Source: Amoebophrya sp. A120
Lineage: Eukaryota > Protista > Dinoflagellata
DNA length: 64,000 nt
Assembly: GCA_905178155.1 (NCBI GenBank)
Contig: CAJINV010000010.1
Location: forward strand, 3,244,587 to 3,308,586
Direction: 5' to 3'
Of the stretch, positions 60,584 through 64,000 are shown piece after piece. Made by a program: the position numbers and the translations under genes. The notes under the pieces were generated by a model that saw only the letters and a list, made by a program, of their open reading frames with translations, had not been told where the DNA came from and ran no database searches. Numbering within the stretch: the first letter of the stretch is position 1; each line of letters starts with the position of its first letter.

Positions 60584-62367
60584 TTACAAGGTTTTCGACC
60601 GTTGGGGGGCCGCGCCAGAGGTATGCCACGCTTCGGCATTCGTGTCGGTGTCGCTGCTGAGTGCATGAGCCAGAAACTCGTCCATCGCCGCTTTAGCCTG
60701 GTGCCAGGCCCCGGCATCCGTTGCCCCCCCCCCGGATTCGTCGTCGGGTGGAGCAGGTTTGTCCCACGGCTTGTCTGCTCCAATAAAATGCTGCACGCTT
60801 GCGCTCGCGCAGTTTCTAGAAGTCTCACTCGTCCAGCGGCAACCAAACTGCTTCGGCTCGAAACATGCTACCCGGCCCTCGGTGCCCGGAAACGTAGTCC
60901 ACCCGTTTCTTGTGGTCAGCGCGTCAGTGCCTTCTTGGTGCACCGGAACCGTCGCGCTCCCTCCTCCACGATGGGCGTCGCTCCTGCTTGTGTTGAAATA
61001 CATGTCGTCATTGTTGAAATACATGTCGTACACCAGACGATTGAAAAGGCCCTGCTCAGCCTTCCAGCACCACTGGTCGCCAATAGTTTTGTTGCTCGAC
61101 TTTAAGATGGCGTCATAGCGCTGCAACAGCTCTGAATTGCCCGGGCGAATCATCATCACGCCGACGTTGAACGGGTAGCCAGTTTTGCCTGAGGCGGCCT
61201 TGGAAATGGCGGCGCAGGACTCTGATTCCGCCCTTTGCTCGTCGCCGGTTACTGCCACATCCGGCACTCTCCCCGCGATTTCAAGATCTTGCTGCAGGGC
61301 CGTGTCGCTCCTGCCCCCCGGAGAGCTCCCACCTGTGAATTGCGCGAACAGCCGCACTATGCATTGTAAATATGTCATCTGGGTCTGGAACAATGCAAGC
61401 TTTTGGTTGGTTGTCATACTAAATCTGGACTCTGGCGACCTTGATCGACCTGAGACCCATCCCCCCCGTTGGATGTGCGACACGCCGCTGGCGCTGCACG
61501 TTTGTCGTCGAGCCGACCAAAATCCAATTATGTGTGTTGCAGGATTACCAAACGCCGCCCACTTCTGCCTGACCTGAGAGGCAATCTCTCATGCAGGCGA
61601 GCCACGATCTGCATATCTATGAAGACCTCACAGAACAATCTCTTATGCTCATGGGTCGGGGACGGGGTCATGGTCGTAAGCCTGCGTGAAAACTCTTGCA
61701 TTGTTTTCCGCAAGACCCAGCCACATTTCCATTTGATACAGCCCAAATCTCGCTGCACCAGGATGTCAGTGTCCAAAAGGAGAACGGCCCGATACTCCAA
61801 CAACCGAAAGCCGTTTGCCTTGTGTATGGCGCTTCGTGCTATTTCTTTGCCCTTCAGCATGAACTTCTCGCTCCCCTGGAACCACTCGCAGGCCGCAATT
61901 GCCATGCGACAGGCCTCTCCCAATCGAAACGCGGGCATGTCGCGCGCCTCGATGCCGAGCGCAGCCATTTTCCGAGCAATCGAGGCTTTTGGCCACGTCG
62001 TATTTGTCTGCTGCCCCGAAGTGTCCGTGCCCATGTCCATGTCCAACTGCGGACGCATTAGGATTATGTCGCGGTGGCAGAGTTCTGTTGCCCGGATGGA
62101 ATACGCCGCGGTCCAGAGGGGAATGTAGTCGGCATCGGTCGCGTTTCCATAGCCCGCAGGAGGCCAAAAGAAAAACGCGTACGCCTCGTCAGTGCGGCAT
62201 CTTCGCGCTGTACGAGTGGGAGCCGGCCCATAGCCTCCTGCAAAAGTGCCGGCTTGCCCCGTGCTATTCTGTTGCGGTGGCGCTGGTGAGCCCTCTAGCA
62301 CAGCAACAGGCACGGGACCTTTTCTTGCGTTGCTTCGGCGGTCCAAAATGCGCTGCTGCCGATGCAA
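60584..62367 (-). CDS. Glycosyltransferase family 8 (glycogenin/GolS-like); one introner; start uncertain
   Basis: EYRAVLLLDTDILV (DxD), FNVGVMMIRP, AEQGLFN, VQHFIGADKPW. Confidence 0.85.
61358..61738. mobile_element. Old, expanded family A introner
   Basis: TATGCATTGTAAA..CTGGGTCTGGAA / GACCCAG..CATTTGATA; TSD diverged but removal with 5 bp keeps the frame. Confidence 0.75.
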
Positions 62368-62849
62368 TGTGTCCGGACCCGCCTGGCAGAGTAATTGGTT
62401 AGTTCGAAGAATATTTCGGAAAGAACCGCGCTAATAAAGATTTTTACATATACAAGAAGACGGGTCGCCCGGTTGGGCGACCCTTTCTTGGGCTTGATTC
62501 TTTTGTATGCTGATAGCGACTACGCAGCAAAAAAATGCTCATTAGGATTGCTGGGCCGGGCTCCATGCGAAGGGAAGAGGGCGGGGGAGAGATAGTGTGA
62601 GAAGCCTTGAGCGTCTCGGTGCTGGTTCGTTCTCTTTATGCCGCGGCGAGGCAGGGTCTCTCGCTGGACAGCGCGGCCTCTCCTGGCCCTTCGTTCCGGG
62701 GGAGCAAACATCTGCGACACCAGCTCCGGAAAGCCTGGGCGCGCACGATAACCCTGGCCGCGGCCTTCTGGGGGGCATGCCGCTTTTTGCTTCCGTGCCG
62801 TGCGTTGAGTGCCTCCCAAGGAGCCTCCCGGCGGGCCATCGGGGGGCCT

Positions 62850-64000
62850 TAGAGGCAAACCAATGGGGGGCCGGGGGAACGGGAGGGGTCTCCCTTCGGG
62901 GGGGCTCTCGGGGGTGCCTTTTTGCTTCCAAGCCCAGCCGGCTGGCAACGCGTGATCCAGGCTGGCAGGGGGGGCCCAGGCCTTGGGGGGCCCAAGCAGG
63001 GCGGGGGGCCGCAGGCCCGAAGCGGTGCCGCGGGCCCTCTCGGGGTTGGGATCATCTGCGAGACGGACGGGCCAATCCCGCGCGCCAGGGCAGCGCGCGC
63101 GCTGATTTGTCTGTGTGGAGGCCTTCTGCAGGGCCGGGCCAACCTTCCCTTGCTCTTTTGTGCGGCGAATGTGGCTCCGCCTCCGTCCTTGCTGGCTCCG
63201 CCGGTGCGCGGCAACACAAAAGCAAGGGGTCGGGGGCAGGCCAAGAAGGGCCTCGGAGGGAGGCTTCAGGGGCGGCTGGCTTTGCGGGGCCCAACGGGAG
63301 GCCTTCAGGGGGGTCGAAGGGGGGCCTTTTTGCTTCTCGCCCTGCCAACCCGCTTTCTGCTGTGCCTACGGCCGGAAGCAAGGGGGGCGCTTATCTGCCG
63401 CGCGCCCGCCGGGGCTTTTTTTGTGGGCAGACCAACCCCGCACGGGCGGCGCACCCGCGAGTTCGTGGGCCGGCGCCGCGGCCCCCTGCCGGCCCCCCTT
63501 CTGCAGGCCCGGGCCTTCCCTTGCTCGTGTCTGACTCACTGTGCGCGGCAGCGCGGCTGCCTGCGCTCGCTAACTCCGCCGCTTTGCGGCAATACAAAAA
63601 GGGTCGGGGCTTGGCCAAGAGTGAGAGAGGGGCCTCGGCGGGAGGCCTCACTAAGGGGGGGGGCCTTCGGGGGGCCTTGTTGTCTCTCGCCCAAGCCTTT
63701 TTCTGCTGTGCTTGCGGCCGGAAGCAAGGGGCAGGGAGGCTCACTATTATCTGGGCGGCGCGCGCCCGCGGAGGCCTCTTCTTTCTGCCCTTATTGCGCA
63801 GCGGCAGTGGGCCAGCGAGCGGACCTACCCTCCCGCGGCTCTGCCGGTGGCCCCCCCGGGGGTGGGGGCATCTGCGAGACGGGCGGGCGGAGGGAAGGAA
63901 CAACCCTGCAAAGGCTGCGCGCGAATAGTTTAATTATCTGCGCCCGCCGCGGCCTTCAGCAGGCCCGGGCCCCCCCTTGCTTGCTCGTATGGGAGGGCGC
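62850..64000. repeat. GC-rich degenerate tandem repeat (~350-450-bp period), runs off the right edge
   Basis: CCTTC.GCAGG..CGGGCC..CCCTTGC at ~63122, 63497, 63953; CGGCCGGAAGCAAGGGG at ~63368, 63714; CATCTGCGAGACGG at ~63053, 63869. Confidence 0.75.

Noticed and set aside
62597-63928. 443-aa plus-strand ORF
   Set aside because: G/A/R/P-rich translation of a stop-poor GC repeat with overlapping ORFs in several frames

Overview
Eukaryotic genomic DNA; the architecture best fits a syndinian dinoflagellate such as Amoebophrya (inference, not a database result). About nine host genes all lie on the minus strand. They include a FAM166-like protein, a multi-pass membrane protein, a putative glycoside hydrolase, a SAM methyltransferase, a PDZ protein, a TPT/NST-transporter-LicD fusion, a GT47 exostosin and a GT8. 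The window carries about 60 introner-like elements, 59 of them inside these genes, in about nine families (my labels A-I; typically 140-325 bp). They share TAT...ATA termini within terminal inverted repeats, a 5-bp target duplication (48 of 60 perfect by manual reading) and a repeated internal GCAT(G/T/C)ACAA motif. They show no consistent GT-AG splice signals and occur in either orientation. Deleting the element plus one 5-bp copy restored the reading frame at all 14 junctions I checked. One copy is 10.7 kb long (23266-33941) because a gag-like + tyrosine recombinase + DIRS-type reverse transcriptase element, whose genes have canonical introns, sits inside it; the host methyltransferase still reads in frame across it. 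Also present: a 133-bp hairpin satellite at the left end, three 37-bp repeats flanking two unique GC-rich cassettes (49.3-51.1 kb) and a degenerate GC-rich repeat at the right end. Coordinates were read by hand.
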